Positions 33,516 to 60,499 of a DNA stretch of 64,000 nt are shown here, one piece after another. The stretch's first letter is position 1; each line of letters opens with the position of its first letter. The DNA comes from Amoebidium appalachense (Eukaryota; Protista; Ichthyosporea), in NCBI GenBank assembly GCA_963693365.1, contig CAVNZM010000011.1, positions 372,001-436,000 of the forward strand, given 5' to 3'. The translations under genes and the position numbers were made by a program. The notes under the pieces are model-generated. The model was not told the origin of the DNA. It saw only the letters and a program-made list of their open reading frames with translations, and searched no databases.

Positions 33516-36500
33516 TTTATCCTTCTTCTTCTGGAATGCTCGGACACTGGGCCCCCAAAAGGGCCTCCCCCCCGGGACACTCGACGATAAAATCAGCTAC
33601 ATACAACAACAGACAAACAACCACACGTTTACAGTGATTTGCGAAACACAGTTTAAAAACCACCACAAATTCAACTCTACATTGGTCGACACATCCACAC
33701 ACCCCGGTTACGCGAAAAACCGAGGCATTATTGTACTTGCCGCACCACACGTGAGAGTGAAGTGCAAACCGGTAGCAAAAACGGAATTCTCGGTTTCTAT
33801 AGAGTTTCTTTCTAATGTTTTTACTTTTGTATATTACCCACCATCTATGTCGGTTGTCGAATTGACTCACGAGTTGTCACAGTTACCAATGTCCACTGTT
33901 ATTTTAGGTGATTTTAACACGCGACTCCACCACACAGACACACTGCAAGTGAGTGTCGGGTACCCATCTAAGCCCCCGGAGCGTGCTATCCCTTTAGCAA
34001 GGTATGTCCAAAGTCACACTTTGCGGTTCCCTCAAATATCCCATGCCCACAACACCGACTGGGGAGTGGCCTTTTGGCCATCAACCATGTCAAAACTCTC
34101 TCTCCCTCCTAACCTCTCTAGGTCATCTGACCACTCTCCTATCCTTTTCCTACCTAAGATCTCCCTTGATCTGCTCCCCCCTCCCCCTCCCACCTTTCGC
34201 CTCCGTCTATCCCAGCTTAAGTCACAGTGGGGTAGAGTTGATGTATGTGTATGCTATGCTACGAAACACCCTATATATATGCGCCTATTAGAATCTGCAC
34301 AAGCCAGGCCAGATTCACATCTCGTACTAGATACATGCACTAACTTTATTGTTGATGATTTGATAGATCTCGGTGATTATGCTGGCGGTGGTAGGAAGGA
34401 ATACCCCGATGCTCTCTTGTTACCAAACACCACTCCCGCTAGACTAAGTGAACCCCTGTCTCAAAAGGAAAGCTTGCGCCGGCTTGCTAGTATGAATCGA
34501 TTTGGCCCCCCTGCTCGTATTATTGGTGATACCACTGGAGACCCCCTCATAGACTCTGATAAGTATTTCTCGGAACTGTTTAAAGATAGGACCCCCGCTC
34601 AGAAACCTATTGTGTGGCCTGTAGACCCATCTATCCCCATAGAATCGATCCTCCCCTTTTTCAGTCCCGATGCCATATGGTCTGTGATATCTAGTTATAG
34701 CTCTAGTAAGTCTTGTGGACCTGATGGACTCCCTGCTGGGTTTCTTAAAATCCTTGTTCCCTCCTACCCACAAAAGGAAAGTGATCGTGCTATTAAACCT
34801 GATCTTACTATCATGTTAAGCTCTCTCTTTTCTTGGTGTGTTAAATGTGGACATGTCCCGTCATCTTGGTTAGATACCTTAGTGATCCCCATAGTTAAGA
34901 AGGACTCTGAGGGCCCCATATCATCCTTTCGCCCCATTACACTAACCCAGGTTGTTCGTAGATTCTTTGAAGCTTGCTTACTTAGGTTATTTGCACATCA
35001 CCCTAGGTTTCAATCTATTCTTCACATACACCCATGCCAATCCGCTTTTCGTAAAAACAATTCATGTTATGTTCAAATAATGGCACTGCACGATTCTATG
35101 CAAGTTGGTGCACAATATGTTGGCTTTATTGATTGGAAAACTGCTTACGATTCTGTCTCCCCTGGTCTCCTATGGGAAAAGCTTGCTGCACGGGGTGTAC
35201 CACACTGCATTGGTGTTCTGTTAGAAGCACTCTTGTCTCAAACCTATGGTAGAGCTGTGGTTAATGGGCATCTTTCATATGGTTTTGCTCGTACTAGAGG
35301 TCTCTTGCAGGGTTCATTGCTTAGCCCCTTTTTGTTTAACCTATTTATAGATGATTTGGCTGTCAAGATTTACGCCGAAAACGATGACCCTATTAATAAC
35401 TTTCCGCCTGCACTTCTCTATGCTGATGATCTGTCCCTCCTTGCCCGTACCCCTAGACGCCTGCAAAGATTGTTCGATGTAGTGTCAGAGTGGTGCAAGG
35501 CAAACCTTATGATCCTTAACATAGACAAATGTGGTGTTCTTGTACCTGATATAGCTAACAATTTACACACATTTACATTATCATCTAAACCTGTACCTAT
35601 AGTTCCAGAATACAAATATCTTGGTGTTCCGGTTGATTCTGTTGGTGTTATGTTCCCCCATATGGTCGAAAAGAGGGTAGAGTTGGCTCGTAAGCGGTTA
35701 GCTTTCTTCTCGGCTAATATTTTTAAAGACACACCCCTCCATCCTTCTATTAGACTTACATTTATTCGCACTTTTGTCTTCCCGGCATGTGAATATGGTT
35801 TACCCCTTCTCGCCGCTTGGATCAAGAAAGAGAGAACTAGAGCGCTTAAACCCTTGGCAAATTTCCTTGAAGCAGAAGTTGCCTCCTTTCTATCTAACAA
35901 CTGTTGTAAACCTGGGCCTGTAACGCTCTCGATATATGGTCTGGTCCCAATAGCTGCTAGAGTATCCTATCTCGCGCTGAAATTCAATAAGCACATAAGC
36001 CGCTTAAAGAAGTATTTGCCCTCCCACCCTCTCTTCTCTATCCGACCTGTCCCCTCCTCACCTCTCCCCTCTTTCCTCCCCTCTCTCTCCCCTTCTCCCC
36101 TGGGCACAAATACAAATAAACCCCGCAATAGTGTGTGTGTGACTTTGGACTGCCACTTACTTATTAAACATGTACACAATCACAAGATAATCACGCAATA
36201 TAACAAATGGAAAAAGATACCACACGACACTAGACCCGATGAAAGCATACACCTTGAAAAACTAAGCCTTATGTCTCGTTTTATATATACTGACCGCCTC
36301 AACCATATTGCCAAATATGGCACTCGCAAGTGTATAACACCTAAATACATATTACCTTCCTGTAGAACTGGTCTTTCTCTAGCTGATGGTATTATTGATC
36401 AATTACCACGCTTTTACTGTACACGTGCTATACAGTGGAGATCTAATAAGTATAAGGTGGCATCATTTGCATGCCCAAACAACACACACACACACCAGTT

Positions 36501-36702
36501 TAACCGGTCATGTATCGCCAAATGTAGTTTGATAGACCACATAATACCGCAACACACACACGTCACATTCACAACAGACACCCAGAAAGATAGCCTACCT
36601 GTAAATTACAACATCCTTGATTTTATACTAAACACGCGTAACTACGACCTGTTTATTAGATGTATTGATTGGCTTGAGAAACACATCACTACAAAATTAT
36701 AG
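33508..36702 (+). CDS. LINE ORF2: apurinic-like endonuclease + reverse transcriptase, 1064 aa
   Basis: APE motifs FWNAR, ICETQ, VYYPP, ILGDFN, SDH. RT motifs KSCGPDGL, FRPITL, QSAFR, FIDWKTAYDSV, GLLQGSLLSPFLF, LYADD, YKYLG. Confidence 0.96.
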   Translation: MPNLSFFFWNARTLGPQKGLPPGTLDDKISYIQQQTNNHTFTVICETQFKNHHKFNSTLVDTSTHPGYAKNRGIIVLAAPHVRVKCKPVAKTEFSVSIEFLSNVFTFVYYPPSMSVVELTHELSQLPMSTVILGDFNTRLHHTDTLQVSVGYPSKPPERAIPLARYVQSHTLRFPQISHAHNTDWGVAFWPSTMSKLSLPPNLSRSSDHSPILFLPKISLDLLPPPPPTFRLRLSQLKSQWGRVDVCVCYATKHPIYMRLLESAQARPDSHLVLDTCTNFIVDDLIDLGDYAGGGRKEYPDALLLPNTTPARLSEPLSQKESLRRLASMNRFGPPARIIGDTTGDPLIDSDKYFSELFKDRTPAQKPIVWPVDPSIPIESILPFFSPDAIWSVISSYSSSKSCGPDGLPAGFLKILVPSYPQKESDRAIKPDLTIMLSSLFSWCVKCGHVPSSWLDTLVIPIVKKDSEGPISSFRPITLTQVVRRFFEACLLRLFAHHPRFQSILHIHPCQSAFRKNNSCYVQIMALHDSMQVGAQYVGFIDWKTAYDSVSPGLLWEKLAARGVPHCIGVLLEALLSQTYGRAVVNGHLSYGFARTRGLLQGSLLSPFLFNLFIDDLAVKIYAENDDPINNFPPALLYADDLSLLARTPRRLQRLFDVVSEWCKANLMILNIDKCGVLVPDIANNLHTFTLSSKPVPIVPEYKYLGVPVDSVGVMFPHMVEKRVELARKRLAFFSANIFKDTPLHPSIRLTFIRTFVFPACEYGLPLLAAWIKKERTRALKPLANFLEAEVASFLSNNCCKPGPVTLSIYGLVPIAARVSYLALKFNKHISRLKKYLPSHPLFSIRPVPSSPLPSFLPSLSPSPLGTNTNKPRNSVCVTLDCHLLIKHVHNHKIITQYNKWKKIPHDTRPDESIHLEKLSLMSRFIYTDRLNHIAKYGTRKCITPKYILPSCRTGLSLADGIIDQLPRFYCTRAIQWRSNKYKVASFACPNNTHTHQFNRSCIAKCSLIDHIIPQHTHVTFTTDTQKDSLPVNYNILDFILNTRNYDLFIRCIDWLEKHITTKL

Positions 36703-36706
36703 CGCA

Positions 36707-36779
<73 letters not shown>

Positions 36780-36811
36780 CCAGCTGATACCGAGTGTCCC
36801 GAGGGGAGCCC

Positions 36812-36858
<47 letters not shown>

Positions 36859-38563
36859 GGGGAACCCCAACTAATTGATTTCTCCTTGTAGTCTTTATGG
36901 TGTCTCGTAGAGAAAGTAAACCCTGATATATAGTCACCACCCGACATCTATGTACGTGATCATGATATACCGCTGAGGGGATATTCCGAGCAAAACCCCC
37001 CCCCCCATACCTGAGACTGGTTCTCTTTGCCTCGAGTAAACAGCGTAAACCCCCATATATATATATATATATATTGCCTCTGACGTGACAGTGACGTCAC
37101 ATGTTGAACACATGGTTTGAATTTCTGTGCGCCTGCCATATCTATTCTTCGTGTCTTCTGAATGTCTGTCACGGGCTGTGGCCCACTAGCAGCCCCCAGC
37201 CTCCCAGCCGGCCCGCGGCCGGGCATGCAGCCTGCAGCTGATCATGATCAATCCATGATACAAGGCTGCCATATGCAAAGTGTCACTGTATATACATACA
37301 TGTATACGTACTATCGTATACTGTAATGTATCGATATAACTTTTTACAATAACCGCCACTACACTAGTATCGCCTGTGTCAAAGCACTGCATTTGACTCA
37401 CTTCGTTAGATCTCATTTCTCTGGTGTTTCGGTTCTGCAAGGATGGCATGCCAAGCGTTCATAATCACATACCTTAGATACAATGATACAATACACAAAT
37501 ATTATTGGCTGAATTTATCCAGGATAGACGGGACGGAAGTCACGGAACATCGCCCCAGTTTGGCAACGGTGAGTCAGTGACATTGGTCAGTATGCTTCCA
37601 CTTTTATAGCGACTTCATTGACTCGTTCATATACGTATATCTACAATGCATGTAAGTACACCACACCATGCTGCGCTTTTTTTTTCCTAATCTACAGCTT
37701 CGCAATTCTGACCCTCTCCCACTGTGATCTTGGTCGTGGCCACGGCAAATTCAACTTGGCCTCGTGCCGCCTGTCCAGAGAAAATGTACTCACGTCAGAC
37801 TGCGCTAATATAGCTAGCGCTTCCGCCATGCGCGTTCAAAAGGGTCTAGATTCCAGGGATAGTCGTATCAGGCAGAGTAGAGTTTTGTCGCTACTTACTA
37901 CTACACTAATTATCGCTTTAACTGTTGCATTAGTATGATATCAAAGGGTCAAGTACTTTGCATCAGTATATGGAGGGACCATGCATAAAAACGGCGGGCA
38001 GATTGGCCTTTGGGTTGACATTCCTTCCTAATGAAGGAATGTACGGAATGCCTAGTTTATCGCCCCCCCGCGGTCGGATTGGATTATGGCACCGTTTTCA
38101 CTTTCAACGCTGCTGTTTGTAAAGTATGTAAATGTAAACTAAAGGGGGTTTTTGGGCCACGCAAGCTGTAGAAAGCAGGGGTCCAAATTTGACAAGTTCA
38201 TTTTATCAGTTGGTGTTGCATTGAATTTTCCGAGCTTGCTAGCCGATGGCGCTCCTTGACCATGAAACCACAAAAATACGGCTGGGGGCCTGGGGCAAGC
38301 AGAAGGCACGTCGTGTCTTTTGTTTTCTAAACGTGATTGAACCTAAGCATATGCAGGCAGCAGACACAGTGGTGTGCATTATGAGCTGCTAGACACCGGT
38401 ACCTGCCTTAGATGAACTTCGTGTTGCCTCAGTAGATACTGCGTGAGTCAGCCTCGACTACGTATATCCATGGCCAAAGCTATAAATATATTCAAAAGCC
38501 CGGTTGTCTCAGAAGAAACATCTCCAACAGCAAGCCTAAGTAAACTAAGCGCACGCAAACACC

Positions 38564-40800
38564 ATGTTCCTCCACCGGGCAGCGCTTATTGCTGCCGTGC
38601 TGCTTGCTAGCACGCAGGCAATGCCTCTAGACGCCACCTTGAACGGAGACACACTGCCCTCAGTAGAGGTGCAGCCAGCAGCCCCCACACCCGCAAACGG
38701 GTCTCTATCCCCACCAGACCAGCAGACACCCGTTGCTGTCCCCCCAGTGGCGGAGGTGCCCACAACCGCACTACCCACCATCACACAATCCACCATCACA
38801 CAACCCACCACGGCACCCCTCCAGGAAATAGTACCCAACACCACCACCACCACCACCACCTCCCCGCCTGCTCCAACTCCTACGTCCACCAGGCGGCAGC
38901 AAGCACTCTCAGGCCCCGACATGCCACTTGCCTTCCACAACACGGTGAAGAGTGCTGCAGAGGTACTACAACGCATCATCGGCGGCTACCGGGCCATGAA
39001 CAGCAGGCCGTGGCTGGCCTCTATTGGGTTCCGCTATGTGCAGACCGACCTGCTGACCAACCTGCAGCAGCAGAACGCAGACGACATATGGTACCACGTG
39101 TGCGGGGGCACGGTCATAGGCTCCCAGTGGATCCTGACTGCCGCCCACTGTTTGGACCCTACAGACATATTGCTGTACCAGGTGTGTATATGTGTGTGCT
39201 GTTGGCTAGGTGTGTGTATGGCTTAACCGAAGATGTGCACACGTGCGCACGTAGTGGTATATCAGATGCAGGTCTGTAAGCGGGTGGAGACGCATGGAGC
39301 ACAATTCCTGAAACTCGTGTAGATGGAAGCCAGTGTTGTTGGTCTATATCAGTATGCCAGGAGTACTCACAGCCAGAGGCACGGAAACTCAAATCTGTTG
39401 TGCGCAGGTGCGGCTGGGCACCAACGAGCTGCAAGCAGTAAACGGCTACTACTACGGCTCGTTCTACACCATAGTCGACTACAAGGTCTACCCCACCTGG
39501 GCCCCCACCACGGCCAGCGACTACATGTTCTGGAGCGACATAGCCCTTCTCAAGCTGGGCACACCCACGTCGGCCACCAAGATGCGTATCCTCACAAACA
39601 GCGCCGAGAAACTGGCCACAGCCGGCACGTTTGTCAAAGCACTTGGGTTTGGTGTGACCGTGTACAACCCGTCTATCCCCGTGGCCAGCAACAACCTGAT
39701 GGAGGTCGACCTTGCCATGGTGGACGATACGGCCTGCAGCGACCTGTTTGTGTCCGAGGGAATCGGCTCACTGGTCATGGCCGGCCAGGTGTGCTCGGGC
39801 AGTATCGGCACGAACAAGACAGACACGTGCCAGGGTGACAGTGGAGGACCCCTCTATGCAAACGGTGAGTTGTGGCTTAGAACTAGGGGGGTTAGGTGTA
39901 GGCTGACTTGAAGATGGTGCGGGATAGCTTCAATGTGTAGACTGGGAGGGCGTTCTCTGAGTCTTATTTATCCCCGCTATCTACATACACTAGTATTTGC
40001 CCCTTAGCCTTGTCTATATCCCGCTACCTACACACACTAATATTTGTTGCTGTGCAGGTACGGACGGAAATGCCGTGCAGGTTGGAGTGACCAGCTTTGG
40101 TGTTGGCTGTGCCACGGGCTACTTCCCCGGCGTGTACACACGTGTCAGCAACTATGCGAGCTGGGTGGCCCAGTATGTGCCCGACCTGCTCCCAGCACCC
40201 CCTGCACCCACAACCACCACAACCACCAAGTCCACCACCACCACGAAAGCGACCACCACCACCACCACAACAACAACAACAACCACGACTAAGCCGACCA
40301 CCACCACCACCACAACAACAACAACAACCACGACTAAGCCGACCACCACCACCACCACCACCACAACAACAACAACAACTAAGCCCACAACAACAACAAC
40401 AACAACAACAACAACCGCAGTGCCCCTTGCTGGGGCTGGTGGGCAGACAACCAAAACCACCACCACAACAGACAACAGAAATGAAAGCCGGACCGTGGCC
40501 ACCATCACCACCACAACCAAGCCTACCACGACAACAACGAAAACCACAACCAAGCCTACCACGACAACAACGAAAACCACAACCAAGCCTACCACGACAA
40601 CAACGAAAACCACAACCAAGCCTACCACGACAACAAAGAAAACCACAACCAAGCCTACCACGACAACAAAGAAAACCACGACTAAGACAACAACAAAAAC
40701 CACAACGAAAACTACGACAAAGAGCACCACCAAAACGACTAAAAAACGGACAACCACCAAAACCACCAAGAAAGCGGCCACCACTACGGTGAAGAAGTAG
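38564..40800 (+). CDS. Secreted trypsin-like serine protease (S1A) with Pro/Thr-rich pro-region and Thr/Lys-rich tail, 3 exons, ~605 aa
   Basis: Exons 38564-39181, 39408-39864, 40058-40800. Signal peptide; R|IIGG activation site; triad LTAAHC, DIALLKL, GDSGGP; Asp in the S1 pocket (DTCQGDSGGP); PGVYTRVS. TATAAA at ~38481. Confidence 0.94.
40209..40790 (+). repeat. Coding tandem repeats for poly-Thr and TTTKPTTTTTK (mucin-like)
   Basis: ACC/ACA runs and 33-nt units inside the last protease exon. Confidence 0.9.
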
Positions 40801-41954
40801 ATTCATGTATGAATGATGAAGTCGCACAAGCTGGCACGCACAGACACATTCTCGAAGAACTAGGAAACACCACTTCTTTCATTAACATAAGTTGTAGGAC
40901 GCAACATGAAGTGCCCGTCTCACCCAACCTCCTGAATCCCTTTTAGCTTTAGCGGGAATCGTGTTGTGCATTAGTATTTGATTGCATAAGTGGCAAACCC
41001 AGCCAACTTCAGTTTTGATCTCTTCAGCTGTACTGACAATAATTTTCTCCACCTCTTTTTGTGTGTGAGTGTGTGTGTGGAGAGGGGGGGGGGGGGGGGG
41101 GGGGGGGGGGGCTGCTCCATTCCTACCATAAGTACACACTACAGCACGTAAATCTTTTTGGCCCCACTCCACCGTAAAAACAGGCCAAGGGACCGGCTCC
41201 CTGGCAACACCTTTCAGCAAATAAGAATGTATGAGTTATGCCTCAGTGCCTTTGTATTACTTGTGCCATGAATGCTTCAGTGGCTTTGTGTGACTTATGT
41301 CTCAATTGGCTTTGTATGACGCATCAGTGTCTGTGCACATCACTTGCAGTTGGCATTTTCATCATCATTTTCGGAGGCTAAGTTGGCCGTGGTAACAGGC
41401 AGACCTCCTATATACTGGGTATAGCCAAAAATACAATACTGAACAGTAGCTGTATATTACATCATATCAGGTGCAGGGCCAGCAGGTACACTCACGTCGG
41501 GTATGTCGCTCACCACTCGGTCAGTCCAGCTCTGACTGAGCAAAACAGGCCTGAAACTTGTTGGTTTGTATGGTCAGGACTCTACGTGCAGTTCTGGCTG
41601 TAGCAAGTGCATTACTATAAGGCTGCAACGAACAGGCACCCTGTGCGCCCACTGAGCGTTAGCTGTAATATCGTATCATATCGATATAGACTCTGTCACC
41701 TACTGAGGTGACTCGTATTTTTCCTTACACACACAGCGAACACTGGACTCTCGGGACCGTAGAGCCGCCGCGAGAGAAAGCATGCACGCGGTCGCGAGAG
41801 TGTAAGGAAAAATGGGTGTGAGGCGAACGTGAAGTTCAAAGCAGCCCAGGCACCGTCAGTACGTGCCAGATATGGACTATCCATGCTAGAGTTGGGTGCA
41901 CATGACTAGCAGACCAAATATTAATAACAAGACACTGTGAACCGAGTAGCAGCT

Positions 41955-42781
41955 ATGGCAGACCCAACGCACACTGCCCCTTTGGCCTTGAGCACACCTG
42001 GCCTGTCTCCGTGCGACCCTACTTGCCAGGCACCAAACCAACATGCAGAGTCAATTATGGAGCAGCCAGGGAGGAAGACCAAAGGGAAGAGGGAGAGGAA
42101 GGCCCTGTTGGCCGGCCTAAACGAGCAGGAGCAACCCAGCAAGAGACTGCGCAGTGAGAGTGAGCAGGCAGGCAGGAAGGTGCACTTTGCAGAGGGGGTG
42201 GTGGTGCTGGGCACGGCACAGGAGGGAGTGGACAGGACACCACACGCACTCCCCCCACCCTGCAGTAACCAGAGATGCGGGGCATACTGTGTGCACGTGT
42301 GGCACAAGTGCACACGGTGTAAGACGTACAAGTTGTGCAACGTGTGTTTTGAGGCATTTAGCAGCTATGTGGATACGAGGGAGAAGAATGACGGAGGGAA
42401 GGGGAGGGGCAGGGGAAGGGGAAGGGGGGGGGGGAAGGGGGAGGGGTAGAGGGGGCAAGAGGGTGGGGAGGATGGGTCATCTAAGCCATAGCCACTCACC
42501 ATCCTTGTTTGTGTGCATTAGGGATGACGAAGATGTGGAAATAGAGAAAGGGGGGGTAGGGCTGGAGAATGGAGTGCGGAGGGAGGGAGACAGGGGCACA
42601 GGAAGGCTCAGAAACAGTGATGGGCATGGGTATATTGGGAGAGCAAGTGGGTGCAGAGAAGAATGAAGAAGGGTTGAGGGCAGAGGTAGAGAGGGAGGGG
42701 TTGGGGGAGGGTGATAGGTGTGCCGTGGAACAGGGAGTAGGCACGGGATGTGAGACCGTCAGTAGTGCAGTAGATGGGTAA
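41955..42781 (+). CDS. Putative protein with basic NLS-like stretch, RVxF-type PP1 motif and ZZ-like zinc finger; 3' structure uncertain
   Basis: RKVHFAEGVVVLGTAQEGVDRTP, then CSNQRC...KCTRCKTYKLCNVCF; HSHSPSLF appears in another frame after a G-run. Acidic Gly/Glu-rich coding-like sequence continues to TAA at 42781 across further frame changes. Confidence 0.45.
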
Positions 42782-43726
42782 TGGCACCACACTAGCACAT
42801 GGCCAATAGTTGTGGCTTAGACTGGTGCATGGAGGGTTCGAGATAGCTGTAGGGGTGAGGTGTGGCCCAGCAGCCTGGTAGTACTAATCCTCTCTGTGCA
42901 TATCTTTAAGGGCACTAAAGTCAGCTCTGTGGGCATGGCAGTAAAGATCTGGCCTGGTCTTGATGCCTGGTGCCAACAACCACAATCCCCCCCCCCTCCC
43001 CCCCCCCCCGTTTACGCACTTTTGTTTGTTTGTTTGTTTGTTTTCTTGGGAAGTTAGTGGGTGGGGGCCCGGGGGGTGGGGGCGGTGTGTGGTGTGTGGG
43101 TGTTGGGGTGGGGGGAGAAAGGGGGGAGGAAGGGGAAAGGGGGGGGGGGGGGGGGGGGGGGGAAGGGGGAGGGGAGGGGGGGGGGGGGGGGAGGGGGGGG
43201 GAGGAGGGGGAGGGATTTCGAGGAAAAGGTGTTTGGGACCTAACAGATGTGCCTTGTGGAGGAAATGGCCCGGGATATACCACGCAAAATAAGTTCCAAT
43301 TATGCACCAAGAAATTACAACAGTTTCTTTGTGTGTGTGTGGGTGGGTGGGTGGGTTTTTTTTTTTTTCTTGGTGGTGGTGGTTGGGGGGGGAGGGGAAG
43401 AGGACTCAGAACGTGGCATGCATGGCTCTGGATTGGCTTTTTTATACCAGTATACCACGTGCACATACGGGACGGTCGCCATCAAATCCCCCCCTACCCC
43501 CCCCCCCCCCCCCCCCCTCAACCCCCTCCTGCTTCCCCGCCGTCTTCATGCTCCGAATCCCCAGCCCCTTTCCATTTCCTGCCCCTCCAGGCAGCCACCA
43601 CCGCAACACACCCAAGATCCAACCCGTCTATGGCGCAAGGGGGCGCAAAATACGTAGTAGGGATCTATCGCCCAATAGGCCGGTGCCACATGCGTGGTGG
43701 GGGTCTATGGCCCTGGGGTAATCATT

Positions 43727-44130
43727 AGTGGGGCCTATAATATTAGGGCTTATGGGGTTCTATGGCCCAAGGGGTCAGCTACTAGTGGGGTCTATTGGGG
43801 CTTATGTGGGTCTATGGGCAAAGGGGTCAGCTACTAGTGGGGTCTATTGGGGCTTATGGGGGTCTATGGGCCAAGGGGTCAGCTGTCTATTGGGGCTTAT
43901 GGGGGTCTATGGGCCAAGAGGTCAGCTACTAGTGGGGTCTATTGGGGCTTATGGGGGTCTATGGGCCAAGAGGTCAGCTACTAGTGGGGTCTATTGGGGC
44001 TTATGGGGGTCTATGGGCCAAGGGGTCAGCTACTAGTGGGGTCTATTGGGGCTTATGGGGGTCTATGGGCCAAGGGGTCAGCTACTAGTCGGGTCTATTG
44101 GGGCTTATGGGGTTCTATGGGCCAAGGGGC
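43727..44130. repeat. 52-bp G-rich minisatellite (CTACTAGTGGGGTCTATTGGGGCTTATGGGGGTCTATGGGCCAAGGGGTCAG), ~8 copies
   Basis: Period of 52 read directly (43779, 43831); degenerate GGGGTCTAT units extend over ~43625-44740. Confidence 0.92.
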
Positions 44131-44522
44131 TCCTTGGCGACGTTCGGGTCTATGCCGCCAGAGGGCGCAAGTATTGGGGTCTATCTGTGGCCTAATGGTG
44201 CAAGATACGTAGGCATATGGCTCATGGGGGTGTGCAAGTAGGGGGGTTTTTGGAGGCCTAACTTCGGGGTGCAAGTAATGGGGGTCCCGGGCCCAAGGAG
44301 GGGAGATACGTATATACGGGGCCTATGGCAAAGGGTGGGGGTCTCTGGCCAAATTGGATCCGGGGGTAGTGGGAGTCTATGTTGAAGTGGATCCGGGATA
44401 GTGGGGGTCTATGGCCAGATGGGTGAAATTGCAAGTGGCGGGGGTCTATACATATGTAATATACATGGCCCAAGGGCCGCACCGGCCTAGTGGAGGTCTA
44501 TGGCTCAAGGGGTGCAAGCAGC

Positions 44523-44660
44523 GGGGGTCTATACATGGTCGAGGGGTACATGTCACGTAATGGGGGTCTATACATGGTCGAGGGGTACACGTAATGGGGG
44601 TCTATACATGGTCGAGGGGTACACGTAATGGGGGTCTATGCATGGTCGCGGGTGCACGTA
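44523..44660. repeat. ~34-bp tandem repeat (CACGTAATGGGGGTCTATACATGGTCGAGGGGTA), ~4 copies, related to the 52-mer
   Basis: Direct reading; shares the GGGGTCTAT core. Confidence 0.8.
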
Positions 44661-45495
44661 GTGGGGTTCCATACATGCAGGGGTACACGGAGTGGGGGTC
44701 TATGGGGGATGCAAGCTACGGTATGGGGGCACTATGGGCCAGACTTCTGTGCAGGCACACATGCGCACACAGGTCTAATCATAATATTATGCGCATGGCA
44801 CGGGCCGTGATTTTTCTTGACTTCAGCACGTGAATATTCGAGTGTCTTTATTGCGTCATGTTTCTTTGCACAGCATTTACTCGCTACCACCAACCAGAGA
44901 TGGTGGTACATTACATTATGTACATGGATTATGATCCATTCTTATGTTTGCTGCATAATACCCATCCTGGTGGCAGACTTTATTCTTCACTGCATTCCTC
45001 AATGTTCTTGTGGTTTCTGTTGCATCTTACACAGAACAGCGTCATGTCAATCTGAAAAAGCACAAATAACAGTTCTACTTTTGTTTGATCACTATGTAAG
45101 TGTCGAGGCATAGGTTATTTCGATTGGTCATTCAGCATCTATCAATGCGTTGCCACTTTGTTACTTCCTGTATTTCATCACATTGACGAATATCATTTAC
45201 AGTTCACAGAAATACCAGAAATACACCAATAAGGGGCTGCAACATACATTCAATTAAAAAAGGAGTCGTTTGATGCACACCAATAAGACACCTTTCAGGT
45301 GTAAAAATACCTGCATAATATTTTCATCTTTCAAAATAAGTTATTTACAATATGTTCTATTCACAAGGAGTCTTTCTCTATGCCCGAGCAACCATTTTCC
45401 TTCATGCCTTGGATAACAAATTTTGACCTGGGCAGCTCACTGCAAACCAGTGTCATATGCCGACGACAGAGGTGGTGGATGGTGGTGGAGGTTGC

Positions 45496-45603
<108 letters not shown>

Positions 45604-45651
45604 TGGGGGGGAGGGGGAGGGGGGGGGAGAGGGGGGGGGGAGGACAAAGGA

Positions 45652-60499
<14,848 letters not shown>

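Larger units (their letters stand above)
32316..36857 (+). mobile_element. Intact non-LTR retrotransposon (LINE; ORF1 + APE-RT ORF2, (CA)n 3' UTR, poly-A tail)
   Basis: Two uninterrupted ORFs; A-tail 36816-36857; candidate 8-bp TSD CGGGGAAC (32308-32315, 36858-36865). The 5' boundary rests on that TSD only. Confidence 0.9.

Noticed and set aside
36780-36815. Hammerhead or HDV ribozyme at the LINE ends or in the 47/53-kb repeat
   Set aside because: No complete CUGANGA...GAAA core with flanking stems and no HDV pseudoknot could be built by eye.
40024-40827. Antisense Cys-rich and Val-rich ORFs
   Set aside because: Reverse-strand shadows of the Thr-repeat tail of the protease.
43727-44130. Telomeric repeat array
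   Set aside because: The unit is 52 bp, internal and degenerate at both edges, unlike a short telomerase repeat.
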